A stretch of DNA of 62,723 nt, filler included, from Actinomycetota bacterium (lineage in GTDB: Bacteria; Actinomycetota; CADDZG01; JAHWKV01; JAOPZY01), in NCBI GenBank assembly GCA_025963875.1. It is 3 parts of 3 records of this genome, joined end to end, with 100 filler letters (N's around TTAATTAATTAA, not from the genome) between each part and the next. Parts side by side here need not be neighbours in the genome. Positions count along the whole stretch, not along the records: positions 46,744 to 62,723 come from JAOPZY010000199.1; 2 more parts are not named here. One strand, written 5' to 3'. A model generated the notes under the pieces. That model was given only the letters and a program-made list of their open reading frames with translations. It had not been told where the DNA came from and searched no databases. Shown in pieces: positions 61,835 to 62,723 of the stretch (position 1 is the stretch's first letter; each line of letters opens with the position of its first letter). Both the position numbers and the translations under genes were made by a program.

Positions 61835-62723
61835 TCGCGCTCCACTCCCTTCGCCTCGGTGCCGGCCGGATGGGCCTTCTTCGCCCGGGCGACCTTCACG
61901 GCCTCGTCCACGAGGGCGTCCACCATCCGGTCCGCCGGGACCCAGCCGATCTGGCGGCCACGGGAGAACAGCAGGCCCCGGCCGGGCCCCGCAGCGATGC
62001 CGACGTCGGCGTCGCGGGCCTCGCCCGGCCCGTTCACCTCGCACCCCATGACCGCGATCTGCACCGGTGGCAGCTTCAGCTCCTCGAGGCGCTCCATAAC
62101 CTGCTTTGTCAGGGCCACGACGTCGAGCTCCGCCCTCCCGCACGAGGGGCAGGCGACGAGGTCGAAGGTGCTCCGGCGCAGGCCCAGGCTCTGCAGGATG
62201 TGCTTGGCAGCCGTCACCTCCTCGACGGGGTCGGCCGTGAGCGACACCCGCAGCGTGTCGCCGATGCCCTCCGCGAGCAGGCACCCGATCCCGATGGCGG
62301 ACTTGATGAGCCCGGTCGGCGGCGGTCCGGCCTCGGTCACCCCGAGGTGGAGGGGGTAGTCGGTACTGGCGGCCAGCAGGCGGTAGGCGGCGATCATCTG
62401 CGCGACGTTCTGGTGCTTGACCGAGATCTTGATGTCGGAGAAGCCCTCGTCCTCCAGGATCTCGACCTCCGCCAGGGCGCTCTCGACGAGCGCCTCGGGA
62501 GTGGGGCCGCCGTGGCGGGCGACGATGCCCCGGTCGAGCGAACCAGCGTTGGCCCCGACGCGGATGGGCACGCCCCGGGCGGCTGCCTCCCGCACGACGG
62601 TGCGGATCTGGCCGTCGTCACGGATGTTGCCGGGATTCAGCCGCAGCCCCTGCACGCCCGCCTCGAGCGCCATGAGGGCGAGGCGGTAGGAGAAGTGGAT
62701 GTCGGCGACGATGGGGACGCCCG
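61831..62723 (-). CDS. ispG: HMBPP synthase, 5'-truncated by window edge
   Basis: PIVADIHF, RLNPGNI, YPLHLGVTEAG, ACPSCGR, MGCEVNGPGEA. Confidence 0.96.
   Translation of the reverse strand, partial: GVPIVADIHFSYRLALMALEAGVQGLRLNPGNIRDDGQIRTVVREAAARGVPIRVGANAGSLDRGIVARHGGPTPEALVESALAEVEILEDEGFSDIKISVKHQNVAQMIAAYRLLAASTDYPLHLGVTEAGPPPTGLIKSAIGIGCLLAEGIGDTLRVSLTADPVEEVTAAKHILQSLGLRRSTFDLVACPSCGRAELDVVALTKQVMERLEELKLPPVQIAVMGCEVNGPGEARDADVGIAAGPGRGLLFSRGRQIGWVPADRMVDALVDEAVKVARAKKAHPAGTEAKGVERE

Overview
GC-rich actinobacterial DNA, probably from a deep-branching (non-Actinomycetia) lineage; this is inferred from the actinobacterial-type ClpX and RNase E, a single clpP and mreBCD. The window is three contigs joined by artificial N-TTAATTAATTAA-N linkers (23848-23947, 46644-46743), so adjacency across linkers is not evidence. 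Contig 1 (1-23847): right end of a RIT (recombinase-in-trio) element abutting a dead phage-type integrase next to tRNA-Arg(TCT), then core genes (M20 peptidase, tRNA-Gly/Pro, tig-clpP-clpX, valS-folC-ndk, mreBCD-mrdA-rodA, rne, rplU-rpmA). Contig 2 (23948-46643): accessory genes, including oxalate decarboxylase+YoaK, a DUF1906 hydrolase, a tail-to-tail pair of paralogous tandem-protoglobin proteins, two ArsR-SRPBCC pairs, an MFS pump, and two amidases flanking a peptide-type ABC importer. Contig 3 (46744-62723): DUF4331, a Family 2B encapsulin + cysteine desulfurase operon, a frameshifted LPXTG-type surface protein, and an operon ispG-ispH-polyprenyl synthase-geosmin synthase-second Family 2B encapsulin-dxs. 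The best novelty candidates are the convergent di-domain protoglobin pair and the double-encapsulin terpene/sulfur locus. All family calls are by motif recognition; no searches were run.
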